Shown here piece by piece: positions 28,401 through 38,374 of a stretch of DNA of 64,000 bases. The DNA lies in assembly GCA_965224305.1 (NCBI GenBank), contig OZ245044.1:2605027-2669026 (forward strand). Reading direction: 5' to 3'. The position numbers and the translations under genes are program-made. The notes under the pieces were generated by a model. That model did not search any database. It worked only from the letters and a program-made list of their open reading frames with translations, and had not been told where the DNA came from. How positions within the stretch are numbered: the first letter of the stretch is position 1; the number at the start of each line of letters is the position of its first letter. The DNA comes from Dehalococcoidia bacterium (lineage in GTDB: Bacteria > Chloroflexota > Dehalococcoidia > Lucifugimonadales > Lucifugimonadaceae).

Positions 28401-31145
28401 CGTTCTGTTACATGTGTATTTGTTGATCGTTGCCAATCCTTCCCTTCTCAATCCTTGAGATACGTTGTTGTAATCCGCAATGGATATCCAATGTTCCATA
28501 TCACTGCCACACAATCTGTCAACGTTTATATTTAGATATTCGATACTTTCGCCAGAAAACCTTTCAAATCTGAGTTCTGAACATTGATCTAGTTCAAAGT
28601 CCGACAGTATAGATTCGTATGCAATCTTCAATTCCATCAGAGAGTTTTCGATTACCTGTAATGCAGTTTGATTGTCAACAACTGTGTTTGTCGATTGTGC
28701 AGATATTGTTAACCCTTTCATATATTGTTCATAACTCTTGCAATCTTCTTTAAACGTGATCCATTCGTGTGTTAATGTTATTGCTTTATCGAGTGTATCT
28801 AGGACTTGGTCATAATTAAATTCCGCTGATATAACGAAAATATTAATAAACTGTTTTTTAGATTCTCGATAGTCCTTAAATACAAATGACCAAAAATGTC
28901 CACCTTTCGTTTCGTAGATCGATCTGATTCGGTTCAATTCTCTGAGGTCATAATCTTCCGCACTTGTCAATGACCGAGCATGTGCATTGAGCAGTGAATG
29001 GCATAGATCCGCTAGGCGTCTGACTTCCGAGATGGATTCGGGAACCGGAATCTCCAGATTCGATGCGAGCATAACCGACGACTCTTTTAGCTTGTCTGTT
29101 GCTTTGGGCAACTTCCTTTGATTGGCACGTATCTTTCTAATCTGAGCGTAGGAAGGGTGTAATGAGGTGCGCGAACCGTGGAGTGGGTTTTTAGATGGAG
29201 GCCCGTATCGCTGTAGATGTGCCCGCATTCTCTCTACGAGCTTCAATTTCCGCGACGCGGTCCCTTTTGTCCATTCGCTTGCGCCGTCGATGTCCAGTTC
29301 TTGTTCAACTATGCTTGGTGTATCCGGTTGAGCAGAACAGATCTGCGTCATTCGACCGTAGGCATGGATTGGACTGACTCGCGTGTCCTGACCGGCCGGA
29401 GTTCGGAGAGTGGATCTTGACTTGTCGATCAGGTACTGCAAGGCGTCTTCATGCCGCGCCCACACTGGGTTTCCGATGTCTATACCCGTGGTGTCAGGTG
29501 AATCCATCAATAGGTGGCATAGTGCGATTAGCTTTCGTGTATCCGAGATGTTCGTCGGGGCCGGATGTCCCAATCGGTTCGCCAATTGAACTGCTGATGC
29601 GCGCAACCTGTCAAGCGTGTTAGAGAACTGGCGCTCCTTAGAACGTACATTTTGCGACTTATTCGGCGTAGGAGGACCCACAGTACGGGATCTTTGCATC
29701 GGGTTTGCCGACGGAGGACCGTGTTCCGACAGGTGCGCCTGCAACTCTCCCACGATACCCATCTTCCTTTCTGTCGCTACCTCATCCCAATCGCTTGCAC
29801 CGTGTATGTCCAACTCCAACTCGTCGATATTGGGGTTCGCCCTTTTTATCTGTGCAATGTGACCGATCGCTCCGACTGGGGCTACGCCGCTCTCACCAAT
29901 GGGAGTGTTGACGGCAAGACAGTATTCGTTGAGGCGTTCACGATCGGTTGCAATTGAACTGGTTACTGATCCGATATTCGCAAGTTCAGGTTCCCCCAAG
30001 TCAAATGTTGTTCTGAGGTCATTTATCACCTCGGACTTGCGAGCCTTGTTGCTGTGCAGTTCTAGGCATGCGACTCCTAAACCCACGGCATCCATCCGGC
30101 GCTTGACGACTTCGAGAGCGGCCATCTTTTCGCTTACGAACAAAACCTTTTTGTCTTGCTCTATCGCCTCAGCGAGAATGTTCACGATCGTCTGAGATTT
30201 GCCGGTCCCGGGCGGACCTTGCACAACCAAGTTCCGTCCGTCGTTCGCCTCGATGATTGCCAACAGCTGTGAGCTATCCGCATCCAAGATAACGGAGGGT
30301 TTGCCGGGCTCAAACTTCCGATCCAACTCTTTGCGTGCGATCGACTCCGCACTGTCGGGGTTGAACCCATCGCCCAATAGAGCGTTGAGAACGAGATGGT
30401 CCGCAGGCTTGCAATCGTCTGGCCAATTCTCGGAGGCTAAATCCCGGTACATCAGGTACTTAGTAAACGAGAAGAACCCCAACTCCACCGTAGCATCGTT
30501 GACTTGCCATATACCCTGTCCGGATACGACATCTTTTACTCGCTGAAAGTAATCTTCGACCTTGGTATCGTCGATGTCATCGGGCAAATCTGGAAGATCT
30601 ATATCGAAATCGTTCCTCAGCTTCTCTTGAAGAGATCGGTTAGTGCCGAGGTCTTCTTCGGAGTACTTGAGATGAAACTCGCCTCTAATGTCGTCGCGAT
30701 CCAATGTCGCAGGCACCAGAATAAGCGGCGCAACTCGTTTCCTATCGCTAGAATCTGCTTCGTACCACTCCAACATCCCGAGCGAGAGGAACAGCATGTT
30801 CACACCCGTCTCCTGTAACGCTTCCCGGGCACGGGCATGTGTGCGACGCAACCGACGCAACAATACTGATGCGGAATAAGGTGTTTGCAACCCCTTGCGC
30901 GGATTAGTACGGCCTAGATGTGCGGGAGACTCCTCCTCAGCTTGAGGATCATGACGAAACGCGAATTTTCCGTTATCAACCACTAGGCTCTTGAACACCT
31001 CTTTACAAGACGCGTCCACGATCTGTAATCCGGCAACTCGTTGGCGTCCGAAACTGATCAACGAGTTGCGGGCGGTTAGATCGAGCAGGTCCTTCCGCAC
31101 ACGATCCAATTGCTCTTGTATAGATTTTTCTCGTATAGGCGTCAT
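25449..31145 (-). CDS. Giant DUF4011 / Upf1-like SF1 helicase / Vsr(DUF559)-like nuclease / DUF3320 protein (Hhe-like defence candidate)
   Basis: N-terminus DLLDLTARNSLISF (DUF4011-like). Walker A VVQGPPGTGKSQ at residue 310, DEAS box VIFDEASQVEP at 1232, and VVGDSQQLPP, WHYRS, RRLNVLISRAKK (AAA_11/AAA_12). PD-(D/E)xK/Vsr-like block YRIDLAIVD...LGIECDGASYHSS...RDRIRQDTLEKKGWRIHRVWSTDW at 1551-1610. Confidence 0.85.
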   Translation of the reverse strand: MTPIREKSIQEQLDRVRKDLLDLTARNSLISFGRQRVAGLQIVDASCKEVFKSLVVDNGKFAFRHDPQAEEESPAHLGRTNPRKGLQTPYSASVLLRRLRRTHARAREALQETGVNMLFLSLGMLEWYEADSSDRKRVAPLILVPATLDRDDIRGEFHLKYSEEDLGTNRSLQEKLRNDFDIDLPDLPDDIDDTKVEDYFQRVKDVVSGQGIWQVNDATVELGFFSFTKYLMYRDLASENWPDDCKPADHLVLNALLGDGFNPDSAESIARKELDRKFEPGKPSVILDADSSQLLAIIEANDGRNLVVQGPPGTGKSQTIVNILAEAIEQDKKVLFVSEKMAALEVVKRRMDAVGLGVACLELHSNKARKSEVINDLRTTFDLGEPELANIGSVTSSIATDRERLNEYCLAVNTPIGESGVAPVGAIGHIAQIKRANPNIDELELDIHGASDWDEVATERKMGIVGELQAHLSEHGPPSANPMQRSRTVGPPTPNKSQNVRSKERQFSNTLDRLRASAVQLANRLGHPAPTNISDTRKLIALCHLLMDSPDTTGIDIGNPVWARHEDALQYLIDKSRSTLRTPAGQDTRVSPIHAYGRMTQICSAQPDTPSIVEQELDIDGASEWTKGTASRKLKLVERMRAHLQRYGPPSKNPLHGSRTSLHPSYAQIRKIRANQRKLPKATDKLKESSVMLASNLEIPVPESISEVRRLADLCHSLLNAHARSLTSAEDYDLRELNRIRSIYETKGGHFWSFVFKDYRESKKQFINIFVISAEFNYDQVLDTLDKAITLTHEWITFKEDCKSYEQYMKGLTISAQSTNTVVDNQTALQVIENSLMELKIAYESILSDFELDQCSELRFERFSGESIEYLNINVDRLCGSDMEHWISIADYNNVSQGLRREGLATINKYTCNRTIDTVRNNLVNLVEYHWCRSLLDMLDDRSDFYHTASFLQHKLATIVEDYSDFLSVDWLSIGKIHDYLRHWRSSDNSQLVKGVTLSTELISSATDCEDVLNSIKSDLDGLERAYTSILLTLEMDHHEDLEFQSLQNDDWDLLDSKVKKWANGLEDWVNISSYNRFSCQLGDEELKDLLRYIDNWKPDTVGLVALVQYRRYNDLLERAIKERPPLGQFDRSAHEEVIRRFCGNDLGLLRSTKSAVAHRHWMQVDQCGTYGEFNTLRTETRKKRRHLSIKRLLDKAGRAVQKIKPVFMMSPLSVAHYLPPGKISFDLVIFDEASQVEPVDAFGAILRGTSCVVVGDSQQLPPTSFFNRVAKDEEPEENASASDLESILDLFSTQGARNKTLQWHYRSEHESLIAVSNREFYNNRLQVSPSPDASKSESGVQFQHLPDTQYTTGESVNLGEARQVAAAVMKHARSYPYLTLGVAAFSRRQADAIENKLHAMLANDPSLDANFFNSHSAEPFFVKNLESVQGDERDVIFISVGYGKQADGRLRMNFGPLNKKGGERRLNVLISRAKKRCVVFSNITYRDIDLSKTQARGVQALKTYLEFAETGNLDTAQPTGMTAESPFEESVAAELRTRGYRVAEQIGQGSYRIDLAIVDADNTGRYLLGIECDGASYHSSKTARDRDRIRQDTLEKKGWRIHRVWSTDWFYSQDRALERLIDAIEDAKRDARKDDSVASSKTHYVDCEAASATIVRKTVPRNASSASSIPYEVWDRTKQASDKYMYVDTHKDLRDHVVSIVNTEAPVHIFEVRRRIREAYYTSRGLSTAVKQAERDGQIRVEGDFLFCADSRPITVRNRRNLTSTSRKIELVAPEEIQQAILKTVDQNIGIDVDELPIAVADLLGFGRTTERIRRCISEQLELMKAEGRDLEIAGYERQIETKHAHNQKHTHDETTREVLDTAWLLDLFDTEEPDHSEFLDFLEHPPAPKLRFDDFT
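27771..28664 (-). repeat. Internal protein-level duplication B1/B2 inside the helicase insert (AT-rich DNA)
   Basis: Residues ~828-945 align to ~1008-1125. LMELKIAYESILSDFELD..LRFE...HWISIADYNN...DTVRNNLVNLVEY matches LDGLERAYTSILLTLEMD..LEFQ...DWVNISSYNR...DTVGLVALVQY. Confidence 0.6.
28986..29873 (-). repeat. Internal protein-level duplication A1/A2 inside the helicase insert
   Basis: Residues ~425-547 align by eye to ~595-720. ELELDIHGASDWDEVATERKMGIVGELQAHLSEHGPPSANPMQRSRT...ISDTRKLIALCHLL matches EQELDIDGASEWTKGTASRKLKLVERMRAHLQRYGPPSKNPLHGSRT...ISEVRRLADLCHSLL. Confidence 0.75.
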
Positions 31146-31232
31146 GTTCCGGGTCCAATTGCTACCAACGAAAATGATATACGGATCGCGATGTTGGGCT
31201 TATGGGATTGGCACATCGCACAACAAGCTGTG

Positions 31233-32573
31233 CTACGTGGCCGGCGCGGGGACGATGGATATGCCGCGGTAGATGTTTCTCAGCGTACCGACGGACATAC
31301 TAGCCACGACGACGACAGTGAAACTCAAGCCCATGACCAAGAGCACGTTTTGTGCTCCGAACTCGCCTGCGGCATAGCCGTTGAATAGGTTGACCAAGGC
31401 CATGGTGCCGCCGATGTTGATGTGGGCCAAGCCGGTGATTCGTCCTCGCATGCCGTCAGGCGCAAGTGTCTGAATCATTGCCCCACCAATCGCCATGAAG
31501 GCTGCCTGCGAAGCACCCATCACCGCGGTGCCGATCATTGCCACTACGATGTTGCTGGATAAGGCCAAGACGAGCATCGCTATGCCGCTGAATGCGCACG
31601 TTATGAGGAGCGACGCTCCTCGTCCGTGGCTGCTCCGGATCCCCGCGATTGAGAACACGCCGACGAGTGCACCGGCACCGACCCCCATCATCAGAAAGTT
31701 GGCGCTCGTTTCGGCGTCGCCAAAAACGTCGCGTCCGAGAACGGGCAACATCGACTCAAAGGACATCGTCATCGCGCAGTGCAACGCCATCAGGACGAAG
31801 ATGACTTTGAGCTGCGAATCACCCCATATGAAGTGAGTCGCCTCCCAGAGGCTCGATCCCATGCTGGAGCCTTTAGTCAGTTCGCCGGTCGATCGGGTTC
31901 GGACGGCGAAAACGCCAATGACACCGATGATGTAGAGCGCGGTACACACCGCGAATGCAGCACCTGGTCCGTCGAGCCACAATGCTGGAGCGATCAAGGC
32001 CGGTCCGAACAGCCGTGCGCCTTGTAGCGAGACTTGGTTCATGGCGATGGCGTTGAGGAGGTGCTTTTTCGAGACCAAGTTCGGAATGAGGGCTTGCGTC
32101 GCGGTCATTTGGAAGGTGCGGAAGCTGCCGTTCAATACGGACAAGACGACGATGTGCCAGACTTCGAGGAAGTCGGACAAGGTGAGGACTGTCAGGACGC
32201 CGACGTTGACGAATTGGAGGGAGTACGAGATGGCGAGGACAGACTTTCGGTCGAACCTGTCCGCCATGAAACCCGCGATCGGCGGAATCAAGAAACGGGG
32301 AGCCATCGCCGCGAAGGTGGTGACACCGACGAGCCACGAGGACTGCGTCAATTCGAGGACGAGCAAGCCGCGGGCGACTACGAGGGCCCAAAATGCGGAC
32401 TGGCCACCCAAGCTGCCAAGCCAAACCCACCGGAAGTCGCGGTATTGAAGCGCAGCACCGTATCGTTCAACCGAGGGCCTAAGGTATTCGAGATTCATCG
32501 GTTTGGCAGGTACGATGCCATAGGAGGAGGTTGAGCCGATACCCATTACGGGTTTTCGCCATGTTACATCCAA
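31233..32573 (-). CDS. MFS transporter (EntS/DUF894-like)
   Basis: YRDFRWVWLGSLGGQSAFW, AGFMADRFDRK and about 12 hydrophobic segments. The true start may be the downstream MNLEYL. Confidence 0.8.
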   Translation of the reverse strand: MDVTWRKPVMGIGSTSSYGIVPAKPMNLEYLRPSVERYGAALQYRDFRWVWLGSLGGQSAFWALVVARGLLVLELTQSSWLVGVTTFAAMAPRFLIPPIAGFMADRFDRKSVLAISYSLQFVNVGVLTVLTLSDFLEVWHIVVLSVLNGSFRTFQMTATQALIPNLVSKKHLLNAIAMNQVSLQGARLFGPALIAPALWLDGPGAAFAVCTALYIIGVIGVFAVRTRSTGELTKGSSMGSSLWEATHFIWGDSQLKVIFVLMALHCAMTMSFESMLPVLGRDVFGDAETSANFLMMGVGAGALVGVFSIAGIRSSHGRGASLLITCAFSGIAMLVLALSSNIVVAMIGTAVMGASQAAFMAIGGAMIQTLAPDGMRGRITGLAHINIGGTMALVNLFNGYAAGEFGAQNVLLVMGLSFTVVVVASMSVGTLRNIYRGISIVPAPAT

Positions 32574-32829
32574 CTCTCAACCCATGCGCATGAAATGGCA
32601 AGGATGAGATGCGGATGTCGGGAGAAATGGCGAATGTTTTGATGTGGGAGTTGTGTGAATTGGGCTTCTGGGGTTTTGGTGGTGTTGCGGTGATGGTCGG
32701 CTGTTGGTGGATTGGGTTGCACGGCCCCGCTCCGCCCGGGCACTCATCCTGGGATGGGGAGGGAAATGGCTCGCGGGAGAGGGGACGGTTGTTGCGGGAC
32801 GGGGCGAGGCGATCGGTAGTGGCGGGAGT

Positions 32830-33876
32830 TTAGTTTAGGCCGCTGCTGACTTTCGCCAGTGCAGCCAACTTCGCCGCCGCCGCTCCGCTGTCGATGCTGT
32901 CCTTAGCCATCAACGCAGCATCGTTGAAGCTTTGAGCTTTACCGGCTGCGAGTAGTGCTACTGCTGCGTTGATGGCAACTATGTTGTAGCGAGATCGTTC
33001 GGGGCTAGGCGGTGCGTTGTGTTCGCCTCCGGTGCCGGCAAAGACGGTTCGGATGATTTCGGCGCTGTGTTCGACGGAATCGGCGACTAGGTGGTCTCGG
33101 TTACCTTCGGGTAAGCCGAAATCGGCAGGACGCGTGCGTCGTCGTTTGAGGATGTCGGGGGTTACCTGGTACATGAGGGTGTGGTCCTCGATATCGACCT
33201 CGTCGGCACCAGATTCGGCGTGGACTACTAGTGCGTAGTCGGTTCCGAGGAGCTGGAGGGCTTTGGCGATCTTTTCGGCGGTGGCGCGGTCAGCGACGCC
33301 GATGACTTGGCGGGTGGCCCCGGCGGGGTTCGTGAGCGGACCGAGGATGTTGAAGACGGTTCGGATGCCGATTTGGGGTCGGAGCGGTCCAGCGAAGCGC
33401 ATCGCGGGGTGGAAGGCTTGGGCGAACATGAAGCCAATTCCTGCTTCATTGATGCATCTAAAAACGCCTTCAGGTCCGAGCAATATGTTCACGCCCAGCG
33501 TTTCCAAAACGTCGGCGCTACCGGTCGTGCCTGACATGGCGCGGTTGCCGTGTTTGGCAACATGCACACCAGCTCCGGCAATCACGAACGCGGCGGCGGT
33601 CGAGATGTTGAACCATCCCATCGCGTCGCCACCGGTACCGCAGGTGTCGACGGTCTCGACACCTGCGCTGACGTGAAAGGACACGTCTCGCATGGCCGAC
33701 GCCATGCCAGCGATCTCTTCCGGCGTCTCGCCCTTCATGCGAAGGGCGGTGACGAAGGAGCCGAACTGGGCTTCGGTGGCCTCGCCGCCCATGATCTGGG
33801 CCATGACGTCGGCAGCTTCGGATTGGGATAGGTCGATGTTGTCGACGGCGGCTTGGATGCCTTGTTGGATGTTCAT
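32830..33876 (-). CDS. trpD: Anthranilate phosphoribosyltransferase
   Basis: VDTCGTGGD, HVAKHGNRAMSGTTGSADVLE and FHPAMRFAGPLR. Confidence 0.9.
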   Translation of the reverse strand: MNIQQGIQAAVDNIDLSQSEAADVMAQIMGGEATEAQFGSFVTALRMKGETPEEIAGMASAMRDVSFHVSAGVETVDTCGTGGDAMGWFNISTAAAFVIAGAGVHVAKHGNRAMSGTTGSADVLETLGVNILLGPEGVFRCINEAGIGFMFAQAFHPAMRFAGPLRPQIGIRTVFNILGPLTNPAGATRQVIGVADRATAEKIAKALQLLGTDYALVVHAESGADEVDIEDHTLMYQVTPDILKRRRTRPADFGLPEGNRDHLVADSVEHSAEIIRTVFAGTGGEHNAPPSPERSRYNIVAINAAVALLAAGKAQSFNDAALMAKDSIDSGAAAAKLAALAKVSSGLN

Positions 33877-33920
33877 GGGTGGGGGTTGGGTTACGACGCT
33901 GATGTGGTTGATTGACGCAT

Positions 33921-34235
33921 CTACCTATATGAACGGTACTTACTCCAGTCTGGTACATGCGCTGCCAACAGAGCCTTGAACAGTTTCCCATGGTTGGGCA
34001 ATCGCAGGTGAAGCAGTTCGTGGGCGATCACGAAGTCTTGAAACCCGGAGTCTTGGTCTGTCAGGTCGTCCGACAAAGTGATAACGCCAGAGGTGGAGCA
34101 AGAGCCCCATTTTCTTATCATATGACGAACGCGAACACGCGGCATTGGTACGTCCAAAACGCGTGCCCAATGTTCTACGCGCTTACAGACGGCGTCACGC
34201 CCAATCTCAGTCGTAGCCATTGGCATCCCTATCAA
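33921..34235 (-). CDS. Short DUF45/YgjP-like zinc metallopeptidase (R-M associated)
   Basis: [15 protein letters not shown]...[16 protein letters not shown] (HExxH). It overlaps the hsdR 3' end by 29 nt. Only the C-terminal half of a canonical YgjP is represented. Confidence 0.65.
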   Translation of the reverse strand: MIGMPMATTEIGRDAVCKRVEHWARVLDVPMPRVRVRHMIRKWGSCSTSGVITLSDDLTDQDSGFQDFVIAHELLHLRLPNHGKLFKALLAAHVPDWSKYRSYR

Positions 34236-37203
34236 GCAGTATCTCGATGACTCGGTCCACGGTTCGCGCCCGTTCGTCGCCGCTCAGGTCCAGAAGTGGG
34301 CTGTAAAGTGCCATCCTAAGTTGTCTCTCTTCATCGGTGTTGACTCTTGCGTTAGGGAATCGGGCAATAATCGCATCGACTTCACGGGCCAATCCGAATG
34401 GGCTAATCCCGGCAGAATCGAGGGCTTGGCTATCCTTTAGCGACCAAAACACGCTGAACCCGCGTGTGGTGAGGTCGCTGTTCTTAGCGGCTTTCAAGGC
34501 AGCTTCCTTCTCACCGACGAGAGCGGCGAGCATTTCCATCGCCTGCATCCCCGATGTCTTGAGATCCCCGATATCGCTCAAGATTTGCTCGGCGCGGTCC
34601 TTTAGCGGCTTTAGCACCGGTTCAATATCAGATATTTCCCGCTGGAAGCTACGAACGAAATTGAACACTTTCGGTTCTGTCGGACCAGGTTCATGACGTA
34701 ACCTCTCCAAGGTCCGAGAGTCGAACGTCAATGACCGCGACGAATCGCCGAGGGCCTCTAAACTGGCGGATCTCTCGACAAGTCCCCTCGTCTTCCTTGC
34801 AAGATCCAGATCGAAAACGGTACGGACTGAGAATGCTTCGCGAACTGCGGCGTAGAGTTCAGCAAGTTTCTTGAACGTATCGAGATGATCGCGTAGTTCG
34901 GATGACGGGGACAGTATCTCCCACAACGCCTCAATCTCTTTGAACGCGGTGAAAAAGGCTTTTCGCGCGTCGGGATCCAAGAAATGCTGGTACACGACCC
35001 GTTCTAGATCAGAATCCGCGTCTTGCCGATCGAAGCCGAATGGCTCTCCGTCATCGGAGATGGTGTCCGCATCTTTGGCGTTCGATCCGCGACGGAGGTA
35101 TTTTCCTTGCGCTTGCTTAAGTTTGCTTTGAAGGTCATCCATCAGGATGTCGAGACTCTCGATCGCCCCGCTGACATCGGAAGAGTCGAACTGCAATGCC
35201 TTCTTCAACTCTCGCAAGACGCCCACGAAATCGACGACGAGGCCGATAGATTTGCTTATGCCTTCCGAGTCGACGTACGGCCTGTTCACGCGTGCTATCG
35301 CCTGGAGCAGCACGTGGTCGCGCATCGGTTTGTCTAGATACATGCAGTAGAGCAACGGGGCATCGAAGCCAGTCAACAGTTTGTCAGTGACGATGAGGAT
35401 CTTGGGTTCGGTGTTCGCTTTCTTAAACATCAAGCGAGTGTCGGCTTCACGTTCGGCCGAAAGTTGCAACTCCGCGACTAGAGGGCGTCTTACGATGTCG
35501 TCGGCATCGTGTGTGTATATCGGCGTAGACCACTCTGCCGGAAGGTGTTTGTCGAGGGCGCGTTTGTATTTGGCACAGGTTTCTCGGTTGACAGCTACTA
35601 GGAACGCCTTGTATCCAAGCGGATCGACGTTGTCTCTGAAGTGCTCAGCCACAAACGCAGCGACCTTTTCGACGCGATCATCTGCCGATAGGAATGTCCT
35701 CAGGTCGATGGCGCGGTCGAGTACCCGGTTCAATTCGTCAATGTCGGTGACGCCTTCGCTGTCGGCTAGTTCAAAGAATTCTTTGTCGAGTTGTTCGACA
35801 GGTACGGTCAAGTCGCTGGGTGCCATTGTGTGACGGATCGGCAAGGTCGTCTCGTCTTCTATCGACTCGGCGATTGTGTACTTGTCGAGGTATCCCAGAT
35901 CGTCGTCTTTGCCGAAGATCTTGAACGTGCCGTCGCCGTATTCAGTTCGAGCGATCGGAGTGCCTGTGAAACCGATGATTGTCGCGTTAGGTAGCGCGCC
36001 CATCAGGTACGTTCCCAAATCCTTGGCAACCGAACGATGTGCCTCGTCGATGAAGACGTAGATGTTGTCGCGGGTGTTGGTGTCCTTTTCGATGCCCTCG
36101 AACTTGTGGATCATCGAGATGATGAGGCCTCGCTTGTCGCTCTGCAACAGGTCGCGAAGCTCCGCGCGCGATTCGGCACGCCAAACCGGGATGTCCTGCT
36201 GTTGCATCTCGCCGAGCAATCTGTCTACCCAACCGCTCAGTTGTCCCTCGAGTTCGGTACGGTCGACGACAACGACTACGGTGGGGGTACGGAACTCCGG
36301 CTTACGCTCCAAAATGAGACGTGCGGACGTGAGAAGCGTGAATGTCTTTCCGGACCCTTGGGTGTGCCAGATCAACCCGCGCTGCTTGTTCGGCTCTGAA
36401 CAACGCTCGATGATTAGCTCAACGGCGCGGCGTTGGTGCTGCCGCAACACCGACTTGCGCATCTCGTCGTCTTCGACGTAGAACAGGATCCAATCTCGCA
36501 ATGTGCGCAGGAAATCGGTCGGTTCAAAGAAAGACTGGACCGCGAAGCGATAGCTATCGTCAGGGCTTTCCTTCCAACGCGCCATATAACGACGGGAGAT
36601 GTTCCAAGTTACGCCGTACCAGTAGTCGAAGAGATGAGTTACGTTAAAAATCTGCGCCATCCCCATCAGTTCTGGCGTTTCGATCTCGTAGCGTTGCAAC
36701 TGGGTGACGCCGTGCTCGATTGCATCGGCATCTTTGGGATTCTTGTGCTCGACAATGGCCACCGGCACGCCGTTAATCAGGAAAATAACATCGGCGCGGT
36801 TGCTCTTTCGTGCCATGGAGCGGAGAGTCCATTCCCAAGTTACGTGAAATGAATTGTTGCCAGGAGTTTCAAAGTCAATGAGGTAGACCCGCCGATACCG
36901 ATCCGCTTCATCGTCAAACCATTGCCGTTGGCCTCGCAACCACGCCAACACCTGGCGGTTGCCCTCGATCGTTGCGGGCAATGCATCCAGATTTTCGATC
37001 ACGGATCGGATGGCATCATCCGTCATCCATGGGTTGAACCTGCGAAGCGCGGTCTCCAACTCACCGCGGAACATCGTCCCGTCATCCCCACCGCGCATCC
37101 GTGTCGCCTCCTGCGGATCGAGGGGCATCCACCCGATCTCTGCGGCATGGCGAACCATCGGGAATTGGACGGTTGTTGCTTCTGTTATGTTGAGTGGGGG
37201 CAT
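34207..37203 (-). CDS. hsdR: Type I restriction enzyme R subunit
   Basis: N-terminal [12 protein letters not shown], Walker [15 protein letters not shown] box VFIDEAHRS, 998 aa. Confidence 0.9.
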   Translation of the reverse strand: MPPLNITEATTVQFPMVRHAAEIGWMPLDPQEATRMRGGDDGTMFRGELETALRRFNPWMTDDAIRSVIENLDALPATIEGNRQVLAWLRGQRQWFDDEADRYRRVYLIDFETPGNNSFHVTWEWTLRSMARKSNRADVIFLINGVPVAIVEHKNPKDADAIEHGVTQLQRYEIETPELMGMAQIFNVTHLFDYWYGVTWNISRRYMARWKESPDDSYRFAVQSFFEPTDFLRTLRDWILFYVEDDEMRKSVLRQHQRRAVELIIERCSEPNKQRGLIWHTQGSGKTFTLLTSARLILERKPEFRTPTVVVVVDRTELEGQLSGWVDRLLGEMQQQDIPVWRAESRAELRDLLQSDKRGLIISMIHKFEGIEKDTNTRDNIYVFIDEAHRSVAKDLGTYLMGALPNATIIGFTGTPIARTEYGDGTFKIFGKDDDLGYLDKYTIAESIEDETTLPIRHTMAPSDLTVPVEQLDKEFFELADSEGVTDIDELNRVLDRAIDLRTFLSADDRVEKVAAFVAEHFRDNVDPLGYKAFLVAVNRETCAKYKRALDKHLPAEWSTPIYTHDADDIVRRPLVAELQLSAEREADTRLMFKKANTEPKILIVTDKLLTGFDAPLLYCMYLDKPMRDHVLLQAIARVNRPYVDSEGISKSIGLVVDFVGVLRELKKALQFDSSDVSGAIESLDILMDDLQSKLKQAQGKYLRRGSNAKDADTISDDGEPFGFDRQDADSDLERVVYQHFLDPDARKAFFTAFKEIEALWEILSPSSELRDHLDTFKKLAELYAAVREAFSVRTVFDLDLARKTRGLVERSASLEALGDSSRSLTFDSRTLERLRHEPGPTEPKVFNFVRSFQREISDIEPVLKPLKDRAEQILSDIGDLKTSGMQAMEMLAALVGEKEAALKAAKNSDLTTRGFSVFWSLKDSQALDSAGISPFGLAREVDAIIARFPNARVNTDEERQLRMALYSPLLDLSGDERARTVDRVIEILLDRDANGYD

Positions 37204-37373
37204 GATCTGAATGCCGATAAAACGCTGTCAATCAGGCGAATTGCACAACCTTATCCCAAAGTGATATCACGTGATACCATCGAGACAAAGGTACCCCCTC
37301 GATGACAAGAGCCCAAGGGGCTCTCTCCGGAGACGGAGTAGTCGAGGGGGTCGTTTTTTGTTCGCGGCGGTCA

Positions 37374-37712
37374 TCAGTAGTAGAACCTCGTTCCGCTTTG
37401 GAAGATGTCGAATTCGCTACGCATTGCGGGGCGGATAGTGGAGTGGTAAGAATCGTCTCTTCGCTCATGCTTTCGGAAGATCGACCAGCAACAGTAGTCC
37501 GCCACCTGCAATCCATAGTGAGTGCCCGATGTGTGGTGCAGAATGCGATGCTTTGAACTATTGGGTAGCATCTCCGCTAGCACGAGTTTGATGGTCTTCT
37601 CAATGGTCCGGCGCCGTCTTTTCAGGGGAATGGTGTCGGTGATGATGAATGTTTCGTTGGCATTCGCGTGTGATGGTCTGTTTAACACGTATTTCAGGAG
37701 ATAGCCGAGCAT
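37374..37712 (-). pseudogene. DUF3800-like fragment (C-terminal half only)
   Basis: HYGLQVADYCCWSIFRKHERRD matches the conserved C-terminal LQxAD block of DUF3800. The N-terminal half with the acidic DESG-type motif is absent. Confidence 0.45.
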
Positions 37713-37839
37713 CTCCGGAGCGGGTACGCTGTGATGAGCCTAGGATATGTGCTCTCAAGATCGATTTGCCAGATAGACCTTATTACAGGATTGCGTCCGT
37801 CTGGCGTCGCTGGCGAGCCACGCTGACCCACATCTCGGC

Positions 37840-38040
37840 CTACCTGACGTGCTCCGCAAGTAGCGCCCGTACGGCCGGCACGAGCTCCTTCGGGATCTCC
37901 ATCACCGCTTGTGTAGAATCCTCGAAAGCGGCCTCATCATCGGCAACTGCTTCGTCCTCATTCAGCGACTCGTAGTGCCGAAGGATGCGCTGGACGCGTT
38001 CCTCGTCCCATCCCGACGGGAAATTGGTAGTGTTCTTCAT
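37840..38040 (-). CDS. Small acidic antitoxin-like protein
   Basis: 66 aa (WDEERVQRILRHYESLNEDEAVADDEAAFED...IPKELVPAVRALL). Its ATG overlaps the stop of the upstream 99-aa ORF (ATGA). Confidence 0.5.
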   Translation of the reverse strand: MKNTTNFPSGWDEERVQRILRHYESLNEDEAVADDEAAFEDSTQAVMEIPKELVPAVRALLAEHVR

Positions 38041-38336
38041 CTTCCTCTCCTTCTCATGCGCCGCCGAAAGGCTGCGAGCGGTTTTCCTCTCAGTTCGTAT
38101 GCCGTGACGACGAAGACCTGTTCCGGGTCGGGGTCGGGTACATAGATGATCCGCAGGTAACGTCCACTGGAAGTCTGTCCCAAAGCAACGCGTGAGCCCT
38201 CTCGACCGGGCCGGTCTTCGCCGGGTGCTGCCAAGACATCCTCAACTTCACTTTCCTCGACTCCGTGAAGGAAAATATGAGGTAAGCCCGTTTCACGGTC
38301 GATATAGAATCTAACATGCACAGCCAGGGCCTCCAA
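38037..38336 (-). CDS. Small toxin-like protein (BrnT/DUF497-like pattern, low confidence)
   Basis: 99 aa with [16 protein letters not shown]...[13 protein letters not shown]...VFVVTAYEL and a basic tail. Toxin-first order with a 4-nt overlap matches brnTA-type pairs. Confidence 0.45.
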   Translation of the reverse strand: MEALAVHVRFYIDRETGLPHIFLHGVEESEVEDVLAAPGEDRPGREGSRVALGQTSSGRYLRIIYVPDPDPEQVFVVTAYELRGKPLAAFRRRMRRRGR

Positions 38337-38374
38337 CCACCTTCTGGACCCAGCTCCCCGTCATGCCGAACAGC

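Noticed and set aside
32609-32833. 74-aa ORF in the MFS-trpD spacer
   Set aside because: It is Gly/Trp-rich, overlaps a G-rich half-copy of the REP-like element and has no start context. It is likely non-coding.
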